Shown here: positions 23,760 to 35,541 of the stretch, in pieces
Layout: each line of letters opens with the position of its first letter
How positions within the stretch are numbered: position 1 is the first letter of the stretch
Notes under the pieces: generated by a model
The model's database searches: none
Told to the model about the DNA's origin: nothing
What the model saw: only the letters and a program-made list of their open reading frames with translations
Translations under genes and position numbers: made by a program
Source of the DNA: Octopus bimaculoides
Taxonomy: Eukaryota
Direction: 5' to 3'
NCBI RefSeq assembly: GCF_001194135.2
Contig: NC_068999.1
Coordinates: 39,815,007 to 39,851,793 of the forward strand
DNA length: 36,787 nt

Positions 23760-26560
23760 CAAATTGAACTATAAGGGAGATGTGCTTACTGGTTTTAGGT
23801 GGCTAAATGATTAACTTTTACGAAAGTCGTAGCGATTCCGCTTAGTGAAATACATGCAAACACAATTATCTCTAAAATATTAATTTAAATTTTCTAATTA
23901 ATGATATGAAAGGATTTGTTTGTAGATCATAAATTTTGTTCAAAAAATACGAGAGACCTAAACTTTTAATTATAGTTAATTAAATATGGAATACAGTGGT
24001 CAGATAGTTTGATGGGTATTTAATATGAGATAACCCGTGACGTTTTTCGGTATTATTGTTCCTCATCAGTGAAGGAGAGCATTCAAAGAATTTTAATTAG
24101 TTAAATATTTTGTCACTTGCCACTCACACAGGTCCGTATTCATGTGATTGTTCAAAAGCATTCGAGGCAGTCTTGATATTTTAATTAATATAGTTGATTA
24201 AATGTGAGTCATTCTGATCAATCCAGCGTTTCTCAGTCAATTTTGCCATTTATTCTATGTATTTATGATATAACCAATTATTTTATATATTCACACTTGC
24301 TGCATAATTTTCCTGTCAGTTAAATCAATTAAATACGGAAAGCACTGCGAGATGCGACTAATCCCTCTGGCGTCTCTTGATAATTTTTTCAACACATTCT
24401 ACTAAATACATCAGTATTTGTTCAATCACCCGATATTTGTAGTCAATTTAAATCTTCATTCAAGTAATCTGCTTTGCTTCGCTTTGATGTCTAACATAAC
24501 CAGATGCCAGCATTGCCAACATTCCCTCTGACAATGCTCCTAAATAAATAAATGGGAAACATGTTGTTCAAACTTCTAGGTCTTATACCAGATGAATATA
24601 CCACCTCAGTAATATCGGAATTAATTCTTGAGCAGAAATATCTACACCAAAACTTCTACTAACTTGTACATTTTGGATATTATATTCTATAACAGTAAAT
24701 ACCATACATAGCACCCTGTATATTATACTGGAAACATATTAATCCACATGAGTGTTGACTATTTATTTTATATTACTGACACTTTAAGGCGACGTGCTGG
24801 CAGAATCTTTAGCTCGGCGGGCGAAATGCTTTGTGGTATTTCGTCTGTCTTTACATTCAAATTCCGCCGTGCCCTGTCATCATTTTGGCCCCCTCCCCCA
24901 AACTTTCAGGCCTTGTTCCTATAAAATAATATTACTAACACTTAAATACACATATGCACATGTTATGCATACCATCATGCATGCATATACAGGTAAAAAT
25001 AAAGTTTGTGTCTATATTAAAGTGTATGCTATTGTTCCATAATCTTATAATTTTTCCTGCATCAGCTGAATCAGTTTGTGTCTGCATATATTTTTCCCTG
25101 TACAGCATTGAACTATTTTGCTAGGACTTAGTGATTAGTTGTTAGTTATACTAAAAAATAACTTTCTAACTTTTCTCAGCTGCAATCTGCTTTCTGTATT
25201 TTGCTATAATATTGTTTATTTACTCATAAAATGTTTATCTACTTTTTCTTCTTTTTTCATTTTCATTTTAGTTAAAATTATCTTTGCAGGATATCCTGTC
25301 ACGATATATAATCTCCCCTTACAAACATCCACCCGTCTGGTATTCGTGTTGCATAGGTTCTCTATTTTTTTTTCATTATTATGTCGTTATGTTGTATTTC
25401 TGAGAAATTTGTGTCTCGACATTTTTCATTCATGTCTTTTCACTGATGATCTTATAAATAATTGAGACATCTTTTGTTTTGTGGCCGGTGTTTACGTGAA
25501 CATTTTGATTTTCTACGTTGCATGCTTTGTAAAAGACACTTCTATGTGATAAACAATTCTGATGAAATAACAATTTTCCATTGTGAGAATTGGTGTGGTA
25601 GCAAACATTAGTTAATTTATTCTAATGGTATCGATTTTTGCATTTGTTTCCATTAAGTCTATATTCGCAGAATTTCTTGGTTCATTGTTCTTCTATCTTA
25701 ATCATTGCATTTGGAGCTTTTAGAGAGCATATTGTCACAATTTTTCAACAAAATACTCAGTCGGCTTTAATTCTTTAACTATTTTCACCCTTGCTATATT
25801 GCACAATTCCTGGTTATAAATTTTGGGTAATGTGAATTCTAGATCTTTCACATCTCAAATTGTATTTAAACATTTGGCGATGAAGTGTTGTTTCGAAATT
25901 TGATGTTCGTTTTTCTAAATCCAAGTTTCAGTTAGATACAGTTTCCTTTGCAAATATATTTTGTTGTGTAAACATTCTTTCTATCATCGTGATTTATATT
26001 ATTCCAGTTCGTAAATATTTTTCTTTCATTTCAGTTTGGTATAGATATTTTCAAGTTTATTTATTCTGATAAATGCTGCATTTCTGTATGAGCTAGTTTC
26101 TGTTTTTAAATATACTTCTTGAGAAACTAGCTACTGTGTTTGGTGGCAAAGCTGCATCTATTTCAAGATTATATACTCTAAATATATATTATAGAAACAT
26201 TCATAAGGTGATTTCTTTCTCATGTATAAAGTAGACTTGAAGATATATGTTGTTTGGGAACGTATTCAATTCGGGTCTATGGTTATTTTTCTGATTTATT
26301 TGCGTGTCTCAAGGACATTTGTCATTGTTTTTAATCTCCAAGGAATATTCGATTCAACATATAACAATAAACTCCCCAGACGTTACCGTCACAATCTTCA
26401 TTCAACTGTAGTATTTTTAACAGCATGACTCCTAACGTGCCTTTCTGTCTTGTATTTGAATTCGGTTTGTTGTGATTTAAGTATGCTGAGTCTTTCATAC
26501 ATAATAAATCGTTTGATAACTAAAATATAATGGGTAATAAATCTGTTCTTTTTGCTAATG
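23760..26560 (-). mobile_element. Highly decayed L1/Tx1-like LINE ORF2 (APE endonuclease plus RT), interrupted by a SINE
   Basis: The minus strand is A-rich and carries collinear degenerate motifs. PNSNTRQ...NVWG/EFIV resembles the APE APN...GDFN region (~26350-26470); ARVKIVKELKPTEYFVEKL resembles EGEKPTKYF..LEK (25735-25794); SGIRPRS resembles GFRPGRS (~24575-24592); VMLDIK resembles LDxEKAFD (~24482-24500); KLSRDARG resembles RGVRQG (~24365-24385). Many stops and frameshifts; boundaries are approximate. Confidence 0.6.
24788..24930 (+). mobile_element. SINE family A, internally deleted, nested in the L1/Tx1 relic
   Basis: ggcgacgtgctggcagaatctttagctcggcgggcgaaatgc...cattcaaattccgccg...caggccttgttcctata. 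Confidence 0.85.
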
Positions 26561-27629
26561 CATTCAGAATCCGACATCAAATGCCATCGAATACACTCTT
26601 AAATGTGTCCGCAACATGGGATCGTCAACGTATTTGAGTTGCAATTGAAATACCGAAAGATAATGGAACTACTGATGACGTGATTTCTTACACTTCCTAC
26701 TTCATTTCGAAATAACTGGGGTATTTATTTATTACATTGAACAGAGGCACTAAGATTTGATGGAAAAGTATTGTTACACCTGTAGCTAATAACGCATTGT
26801 AAATAATAACAAATAATCTCGAAGTCCTCATTATCAAAACATCTGTAATCTTGCAAAAGGTGACTGGTATTTCTGGAAATAAATTACCTTCACATTCTCA
26901 CATCAGTTGTTATTCGGTACAAGTCAACTATGTTATATGCATATGTACTTTTGGCTGTGGAGAAATAAAATATTATTAATTCACTTGCATTATATTTAAT
27001 ACAATAAAGCCTCGTCTTAACAGACTTCCTCTTAACACATTTCCATTTAACGGACTGGCAAAAAGAATACAGCACGTTAATAAATAATACCTTTAACGAC
27101 TAAGCTTTACGGGAAAGTAGGAAACGGAATGAGCTCGAGATATAAACGTTTCAGCTGTTCAGTAAAGCATTATAGGACGATGAAGAGAACAAAACATAAA
27201 ATAGAAACAAACACGAGCAAACAGAAATTGCGGGGATAAATGAAGGGGGATTATGAGAATTATTAATAATGAAACTGCGACACAAGCTTAAGAATAACTA
27301 ACACAAAGAATACATGTGAGTGTGAGATAATGTGAATGAAAATGATTATGGTGGAGTGGGATAGATAAATAGATAGAGAGACGTAGATAGACACAGAGGG
27401 AGAGAGAAAAGAGAGTGATAGATAGACAGACTGTTAGACAGAGCGAGAGATAAACGGACAGAGAAAGTAGAATACTACGTGAGAGATTTCATAAAGTAAC
27501 TGACAGCTTGTAGATGCTGATTTCTCGCTTTAGACCTGATCAGAAAGAGTCATGATGAAAGGGACTTGGCTTGTCTTCTGCTACTTTTAGTTCATCATTA
27601 TGTCGATAACGGACAGTTAAAAAGAAAAG

Positions 27630-27697
27630 AGTCTGTGTGGTAAGAATTGTTTACTTATTACTTACATAGTACCGGGTTCAGTCCCGCTGTGTGGCAT
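27630..27697 (+). mobile_element. SINE family B head fragment
   Basis: gtgtggtaagaa...ccgggttcagtcccgctgtgtggca matches the head of 14570-14732. Confidence 0.6.
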
Positions 27698-28538
27698 ATC
27701 TTGTCTTACAGCAGAGTGTGAATACATGATACACATGAAGCGCAACAAGTCGGAAATGAATATCTAGCATTCTCATATTTTTTAACATTATGAAATTTCA
27801 AATAGATATAGATATAGATATAGATATAAATAGATAGATATACGTATACATATACATGCATTTATATACATATGCATACATATATTTTTGTGTGCTGTGA
27901 ACACATTTGCTACAAAACATATCACTGTACGGTTTCTGAACGAGATATAAACGAAAGAGCCTCCTTACAATTATTTACTATCAGCTTTAGAACTAACATG
28001 GAATCTACTCTGGATTTTTCTTGGAGAATTATGTTGATACTACTGACTAAGAAAATGTAAACCCACTTACTTTATCAAACATGACAGGACTAAATTAAAT
28101 CTACTTTTCTTCAATTAGTTATTGCATTTTTTATTTAAACGGCTTTGTCGCTACCAACCAGTTTCCCAGAATATAAATTGACAGGAAATACAAATCGGTG
28201 GTTTTCATTTTAGATCACTTTAAAGCAGAGGATGCGTATCATTGGTGCAATGGCCCTTTCAGGTGATCTGCTACCAAAAGTTTCATCAGTTTATTAATGC
28301 ATCCATATATGGATCTTGCCGATCGTAAAAGAACTAAGTATTTTATCTAATTATAAAGAAATGTATAAATATTGAAACTGATGATCGATATTCTCGTAAC
28401 CAAATGAATGATATGCATATCACGTTAAAAAGGAAAGAAAAAGGGAAAAAAAATGCATCTGTGATTCCCTTCGTAACATACTTAAAATTTGAACCACGAT
28501 TTTCTTTCCCAGTTAACAATATATATATATATATATAT

Positions 28539-29099
28539 NNNNNNNNNNNNNNNNNNNNNNNNNNNNNNNNNNNNNNNNNNNNNNNNNNNNNNNNNNNNNN
28601 NNNNNNNNNNNNNNNNNNNNNNNNNNNNNNNNNNNNNNNNNNNNNNNNNNNNNNNNNNNNNNNNNNNNNNNNNNNNNNNNNNNNNNNNNNNNNNNNNNNN
28701 NNNNNNNNNNNNNNNNNNNNNNNNNNNNNNNNNNNNNNNNNNNNNNNNNNNNNNNNNNNNNNNNNNNNNNNNNNNNNNNNNNNNNNNNNNNNNNNNNNNN
28801 NNNNNNNNNNNNNNNNNNNNNNNNNNNNNNNNNNNNNNNNNNNNNNNNNNNNNNNNNNNNNNNNNNNNNNNNNNNNNNNNNNNNNNNNNNNNNNNNNNNN
28901 NNNNNNNNNNNNNNNNNNNNNNNNNNNNNNNNNNNNNNNNNNNNNNNNNNNNNNNNNNNNNNNNNNNNNNNNNNNNNNNNNNNNNNNNNNNNNNNNNNNN
29001 NNNNNNNNNNNNNNNNNNNNNNNNNNNNNNNNNNNNNNNNNNNNNNNNNNNNNNNNNNNNNNNNNNNNNNNNNNNNNNNNNNNNNNNNNNNNNNNNNNN
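28539..29099. other. Assembly gap (561 N)
   Basis: N run inside (TA)n. Confidence 1.
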
Positions 29100-29151
<52 letters not shown>

Positions 29152-30364
29152 GGTGGGTGTGTGTGTGTGTGTGTGTGCTTGTATATACGTACGCATGTAT
29201 GTAAGAATGTACGTGTCAGTGGAAGTGTTGACAGAACACATTAGATGCCAGCTTTTCAGTGTTGTTGGTATATACTAGCAAACGTGTGAGTTTCACAAAT
29301 AAATGAAAAGTCCGCGTTTCCCACCCACATCTTTCTAATATAAGTTACCCTCAAAGAAATTGCGAAACCGAACAACATAGCCAATGGGTAAATTGAAAAG
29401 ATAGAAACTCGTGACAACATAGTGAATACTCTCTTTTAACTGGCTCCTGCTATATGTTGACAAAAACGAAAATAAAAGCGAGAGAAACAAACAAAACAAA
29501 AACTAATTTCTGATATTTTTTCTCTATTTTTTTCTTTTTTTTTTCCTAATTTCCTTCTTACTATACATTCATGGAGCTTTTGATGCAATCACGATGCAGC
29601 AAGGTGAACCTTCATCAGTGATGGTAAAACAGTAATTACACTCAGTGAAAATTTGTGTACGAGAATTATCTTTTGTTAATCGTTTGAATTCCATTTACTT
29701 GATCACCAAAACATGACATGGCTTGGCTATTATGTTATAAGTTGGAGTTATACACTGCTCTCCGCATTCATTTCCAAACTATGCACAAAGCGATGTCTTA
29801 TATTTCTCTGAAAGACTTCTTAATGAGGACATGTAAAGCATTATCCAATATAACGTTGTAATTGATGGAGGTTTCAATTTAAAGTTCTTTATATCGAATT
29901 CAATGTAATTATGAAACAAAACAAGACTGCTATATAAAAAAAAAAAATGTCTATACTGCAAAACAAAAGAATACAACAACAAAATAAAACAACACAGCAT
30001 CACGAGATTTGTAAGTTTTACGTGTTTTCTATATTTGAATTAGAGAACAAAATAAAGACTGTAACTAACTTGTAACTAACTACATTTAAAAAAAATTCTT
30101 TTAGCTCTTGCTAATCAAAATAGAAAATCTATTCAAATTATCCTTTACTTACCGATGGAAGTCAAATCTGTTAAAAATTAACTGCGTGGCTGTACTACAA
30201 CGTCATCTAGACATGATTGGGAAATGAAGGGTTGGTGAAGCGAAGTTGTATTTATTGAAACACACGCTGTATAAAAAAGCAGGCACAAACACAAAGCCAC
30301 GCGCGTTTTCAGTAGATACAACAGACTCATACACACATGATGATAAATATGTGCGTGCTTGTGT

Positions 30365-30386
30365 GTGAGAGAGAGAGTGGGAGAGA

Positions 30387-30425
<39 letters not shown>

Positions 30426-30435
30426 NNNNNNNNNN

Positions 30436-30477
<42 letters not shown>

Positions 30478-30502
30478 AGCGAGAGAGAGTAAGCGAGAGA
30501 GA
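30365..30502. repeat. (GA)n tract spanning a 10-N gap
   Basis: Directly visible; includes a duplicated gagagagtaagcga unit. Confidence 0.9.
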
Positions 30503-32130
30503 GAATCTGGCGGGAAATGAGTCTTAGTGATATAGCAAAAGCAATGCAAAAGTGGGCATATTTTTATTGACTGACAATTTTCATTAAAATGTGTATGCTA
30601 TGTTCAAGTATTTTCTACCACCAAAAAAATAAGAAATTCTTCACATGAACAGTTTTATTAATAATGGTCTTGAAAGAATTTCATGCCGCTTGGTGGCAGT
30701 GAATATTCCTAGGTAAGTATCATCATCATAAAACATTTCCTACATTGGTGTTAGAATAACTGATATAAGTAGTTCGTCGGTATTCTAAAATTTCCTAAAT
30801 ATTAAATCATAAGTAAGAAGATCGCACAATAATGGCTACATATCAATTTATATAAAATCTAAACGAATCCTTTCTTTAATTCGACTTCCTCCGGGCAATT
30901 GGTTGTACTGAAGTAGACAGCAGTAATAACATTATGAAACTTGACAGAAAGAGAGGTAAGAATGTCTTTCAAATTATTACAATTGACTATGGTATTCAGT
31001 GATATAATGATATTAATGCACTTCTGTAATATTGACATTCATATCGTTATTAGCTTACCGAAAATCTCATTATGAAATTAAAAGATTCAATGAAGAAACC
31101 ACACTAAGTCAACCGATGGAGAAACTTCACTAGATTGTAGTAAGTGTGAGGCTTGCGACTGAATAGCATTCCTATTATGACAATTGCTGTCAATTTCAAC
31201 TCTGAAGTTGATTAGGATTCTGTCATAATTCTGATGGAGGTTAATCATACACCTGGTACTGACGTTGCGTGTTTCAGAACGGAAAATTAAAGAAAACTAC
31301 CAAGATGAAGAGAGAAAGGTTGAGAGCAGAAGATATATTTACAAATAAAAGAAATAGTAAAAACCCAACCGACAGGCTGTGGAATTTTGATGAAGATTTC
31401 TTGAGTATAATAAACATCACTGATGTCATTGTCGATTATATTATTAGTTGCTCATGTAAGTAGTTCACTATGTCATGCTTGATGAACGGATAGTTCTCCT
31501 TAAAACAAAACATGAAGAACCACCTCGACATCGATCGACGATGCGTTTTGAAAAAAATTGGTGGCTCAAATTAAACTCTATATGTAAGCCTTTGCGTGAA
31601 TATCTTCAAATTATAATCCAAAATAAGGAGCCGTTTTGCAGGCGTTCATCCGTCCAAAAATAACCAACTGACTGACCTAAATTCATTCACTTTTCGATCA
31701 TATAATGCACCCAATGAGAGACAGGAATGTTATAGGTTGGACAATTACGATTTCAGATCAGGTTGAAATAATGAGCTCCATGTAAAAGATAGAAACGGTA
31801 ACGGCAAATAGTGTAGTAGTAAAAAGCAACAATACGTAGAACAAATGAATCACTGCAAAATGATAGAATTCTTTACTTTATGTGAAACTGTTTGATTCTA
31901 TTCTTAGATATTTTCATGCATATTATTTTCTTTATCTATCTGCACTGGATTCTACATTGAATGTCATTTTTTACGCTTTTTATTTCTACGATTTTCAGCC
32001 ACTTGTCTGACTCGTGTGTTATTTGTGTGACTTTTGTGTTAATAGCATGATGTTTAGGCAATTACATATGTATGCATGATTGTATGTATGTATGATTGTA
32101 TATATGTATGTATGTATGTACGTATGTATG

Positions 32131-32165
<35 letters not shown>

Positions 32166-32792
32166 NNNNNNNNNNNNNNNNNNNNNNNNNNNNNNNNNNN
32201 NNNNNNNNNNNNNNNNNNNNNNNNNNNNNNNNNNNNNNNNNNNNNNNNNNNNNNNNNNNNNNNNNNNNNNNNNNNNNNNNNNNNNNNNNNNNNNNNNNNN
32301 NNNNNNNNNNNNNNNNNNNNNNNNNNNNNNNNNNNNNNNNNNNNNNNNNNNNNNNNNNNNNNNNNNNNNNNNNNNNNNNNNNNNNNNNNNNNNNNNNNNN
32401 NNNNNNNNNNNNNNNNNNNNNNNNNNNNNNNNNNNNNNNNNNNNNNNNNNNNNNNNNNNNNNNNNNNNNNNNNNNNNNNNNNNNNNNNNNNNNNNNNNNN
32501 NNNNNNNNNNNNNNNNNNNNNNNNNNNNNNNNNNNNNNNNNNNNNNNNNNNNNNNNNNNNNNNNNNNNNNNNNNNNNNNNNNNNNNNNNNNNNNNNNNNN
32601 NNNNNNNNNNNNNNNNNNNNNNNNNNNNNNNNNNNNNNNNNNNNNNNNNNNNNNNNNNNNNNNNNNNNNNNNNNNNNNNNNNNNNNNNNNNNNNNNNNNN
32701 NNNNNNNNNNNNNNNNNNNNNNNNNNNNNNNNNNNNNNNNNNNNNNNNNNNNNNNNNNNNNNNNNNNNNNNNNNNNNNNNNNNNNNNNNNNN
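32166..32792. other. Assembly gap (627 N)
   Basis: N run inside (TA)n. Confidence 1.
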
Positions 32793-34106
32793 ATATATAT
32801 ATATATATGTATATATATATATGTATATATGTATATATGTATATGTGTGTATATGTATGTATGTATACATGTGTGTCTACGGAGGCGCGCGTATACCTCT
32901 GTTTGTGTGACTGCTTCTGCACATATGCGAGTGCGTGTGCGCGCATCTATGGTCATCCTTTGGTCACTCGTCTTTAATGGTCTGACATTAGACTTTTGAA
33001 ACAAATGTGTTTTAAATTCACAGTATTCAGACTTTAATCATTTTTCTCTTTTTTTTTTGGCATTCTTTGAAAATGTGATTGATGTTGTACATGAAAAAGC
33101 CTTTGTTAGTGATCGCATACAGTTTGTAAGGAGCTAAATTTGTATGGTTTGCCGAGTAGTATATCATTCTAATTGGTTCAATACATTGCGGAAGTATAGA
33201 TTGTGTATTAATAGACAATCAGTACTCAAATGAAGTTGAAATTATGAGTTGGGCACGATAGGACTATGTTGTTGTATCGACTCTTTTATATGGTTGATCG
33301 AACAACAAAGTAGCACAGGAAGTATAAAGCCAAAGATGTAAGTAAAATGTTTGTATGGCTTTATAGAATGCGAATATACCGAATATTTTTTATGCTGGCC
33401 ATATTGAATTTTCTTACTAATGAAACTTTGAATACATGAACATAATATACATTTTACGTAGCAAAGATAACTCTTGTTGAAATAGTTAATGGTGTATCGT
33501 TAACAAAATATATTAAGAACACTAAAATTATGGAGATCGACCAAGCGAATAGAGAAGAAAAAGCATATCATTGAAAATAAACCAATTTAAAACGTTTTGG
33601 AATTTTAAAGATGAAAAAACATTACTTTAAATACAGAATTTAGTAAAAGGCTTATGCAGAAAACACAGGCAATGTGTACTATTTGAAATGTGTGATGAAT
33701 GAATATATCTGACTTTATACGTAATTCTGCAATTAGTAAGAACATATTTAATATAAGAATGACAGCCATTGCATAGTATTCAAGATGTAACTAATTGTTC
33801 TAGACATTCCTAAAGAAGAGTTATGAAAACACATCGGAATCCAATATCACAAGTGATACGTTTCGGAATAGAAACTTTCTATACATTGATCAAATATTTG
33901 AATGCAGATGGCGCTAGTGGATTGAAGTATGTAAACTAGTTAATATAACAAGACGTAAGATGGATGGTCAAAGAGAGCAGAAAAGTGCGAAGACATCAGC
34001 CTAGATCATGAAAAATTATCAGCCGAAACCTTGAAGAATAGAGGAGTCTGACAAAATTACACAGGACTCCTTTCCGTCGTAGGAGGCAATACTGTATACA
34101 TACAAA

Positions 34107-34158
<52 letters not shown>
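34107..34158. repeat. (GT)n microsatellite
   Basis: Directly visible. Confidence 0.95.
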
Positions 34159-34161
<3 letters not shown>

Positions 34162-34534
34162 GTGTGGGTGTATGTATATGTGTGTTTGTGTGTGTGCACC
34201 CACGTGTGTATAAGCAAATGTGTTTGTGTGAGTGTAAATGGAGTAATTGACAGAAACACAGAGAAGCTGTCCAACATAGACCGAAGCCATGAGTGTTTAT
34301 GAAGAAGATGACATTGTTAAGTAAGATGTGTTCTATTTAAGGAGGAGGAAAGCAGAATCGAAGGCACTCAATGCAGTAATTGGTAATCAATAGTATCCAC
34401 TGCTGACACAAATCCCCAGCGATTGGAGGAATGCATTCACGCTGATACACGGGCTTACGATACATTGTCTACGTGTGGAGATGGAACCATAACAACTGAT
34501 ACTCAATTTGAAGAAGGAAGGAAAGGCTGAGTGA

Positions 34535-34540
<6 letters not shown>

Positions 34541-34593
<53 letters not shown>
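34541..34593. repeat. (TAA)n microsatellite abutting the Penelope-like repeat
   Basis: Directly visible. Confidence 0.95.
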
Positions 34594-34596
<3 letters not shown>

Positions 34597-34740
34597 TCGA
34601 AAAGTACCTTAGCAATGAGAACCGAGGTTCGAAATTTCCACAAGACACCTGATGAATGCTGAAGGGTACATCAGCCGAAACGTTGTGTAACAACAAACAA
34701 GATGGGGACAAATATCTGTCAATCCTAAATAAGTGAAGAA
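34594..34740 (+). mobile_element. Penelope-like element terminal repeat fragment
   Basis: acatcgaaaagtaccttagcaatgagaaccgaggttcgaaatttccacaagacacctgatga...ccgaaacgttgtgtaacaacaaacaagatggggacaaatatc directly follows (TAA)n and carries the CTGATGA...CGAAACG signature of Penelope-like termini. Confidence 0.65.
34645..34688 (+). ncRNA. Minimal type I hammerhead ribozyme motif (Penelope-associated)
   Basis: Stem I is ACAC 34645-48 paired with GUGU 34685-88. The core is CUGAUGA 34649-55. Stem II is GCUGA 34658-62 paired with UCAGC 34671-75. GAAA lies at 34677-80, followed by a palindromic stem III ACGU and cleavage triplet GUU (34682-84). The stem II closing position is a U-C mismatch (34657/34676). 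Confidence 0.6.
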
Positions 34741-34916
34741 CTGCGGCTGTTGCCACTGACGTTTTGTTAATATGTCATTTCCACAAACATGCTCGTTTAC
34801 GATTAATTTAACCCTGTTCAAAAGCCTTTTTGAAAATAAATCCCTATTTTTGCATTCAGCAAATATTCTGTTCTTTTTTTTTTCTTTATTGACAATATTT
34901 AAATACTTTTAAATAC

Positions 34917-35124
34917 GGTAAGCTGACAGAATCGTTGAACAAAATGTCTAGTGGCATTTCGTCCGTATTCACGTTGACGGTTTAAACTCCAGTGAGATCA
35001 GTTTGGCCCTGCAGACTTTCGGTGGCGACAAAATAAGTACCCGTTGAGCAGTGGAGTCGATGTAGCCAAGTAAACGCTTTACCCCAACTTGATGACCTTG
35101 TGCCAAATTTTGAAGCTATTATTT
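34917..35124 (+). mobile_element. SINE family A, diverged, near full length
   Basis: ggtaagctgacagaatcgttg...gcatttcgtccg...gacaaaataagtacc...gtcgatgtag...gaccttgtgccaaattttgaagctatt. Confidence 0.8.
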
Positions 35125-35496
35125 AACGACTTAAATAATTCACTACTGAGTGTAGTGCCTCTACAAACTTATTATATGTTAATTTTATGCTTATAACACA
35201 GTGAATCATTTTTGGTTTTCATTTTTTGAGAATGTATAGCAAATTGCAACTCAGTAGGAAACTGAAAACTCCAACAAATACGTTACAGCACGAGATTCAA
35301 TAGCTACTACTATTTCATTTTGCTATTTATATTTTGCAGTGTTGGATTTCTCCGTTTCTCCTGTGATAATTTGCTGCTCCAGCCAGATGGTATTGTAATT
35401 TTGTATTACACGGACAACTGTAGTGTGAGCCGAATAATCTACGAACTTAAGAAAAGTTTTCTTCCACGAATGTTATCAAAATTATAACCAGTTCCT

Positions 35497-35541
35497 TAAC
35501 AAGTCTGATAGTAACAAGTCTGATAGTAACAAGTTTGATAG
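35497..35541. repeat. 15-bp minisatellite x3 (taacaagtctgatag)
   Basis: Copies at 35497, 35512 and 35527; the third has one C>T change. Confidence 0.95.

Noticed and set aside
27140-27180. Minus-strand GAAACGUU preceded by a short gct/agc stem
   Set aside because: The CUGANGA core is absent and there is no stem I.
28211-28232. Resemblance to bantam miRNA (UGAGAUCAU...)
   Set aside because: The seed differs, it sits on the 5' arm rather than the 3' arm, and the hairpin is irregular.
29595-29625. Minus-strand CUGAUGA-AGG-uuca-CCU
   Set aside because: Stem II-like hairpin is present but it is not followed by GAAA.
31269-31663. ORF words LWNFDE resembling the pogo/Tigger first catalytic Asp region
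   Set aside because: A single short motif with no supporting HTH or downstream DDE motifs.
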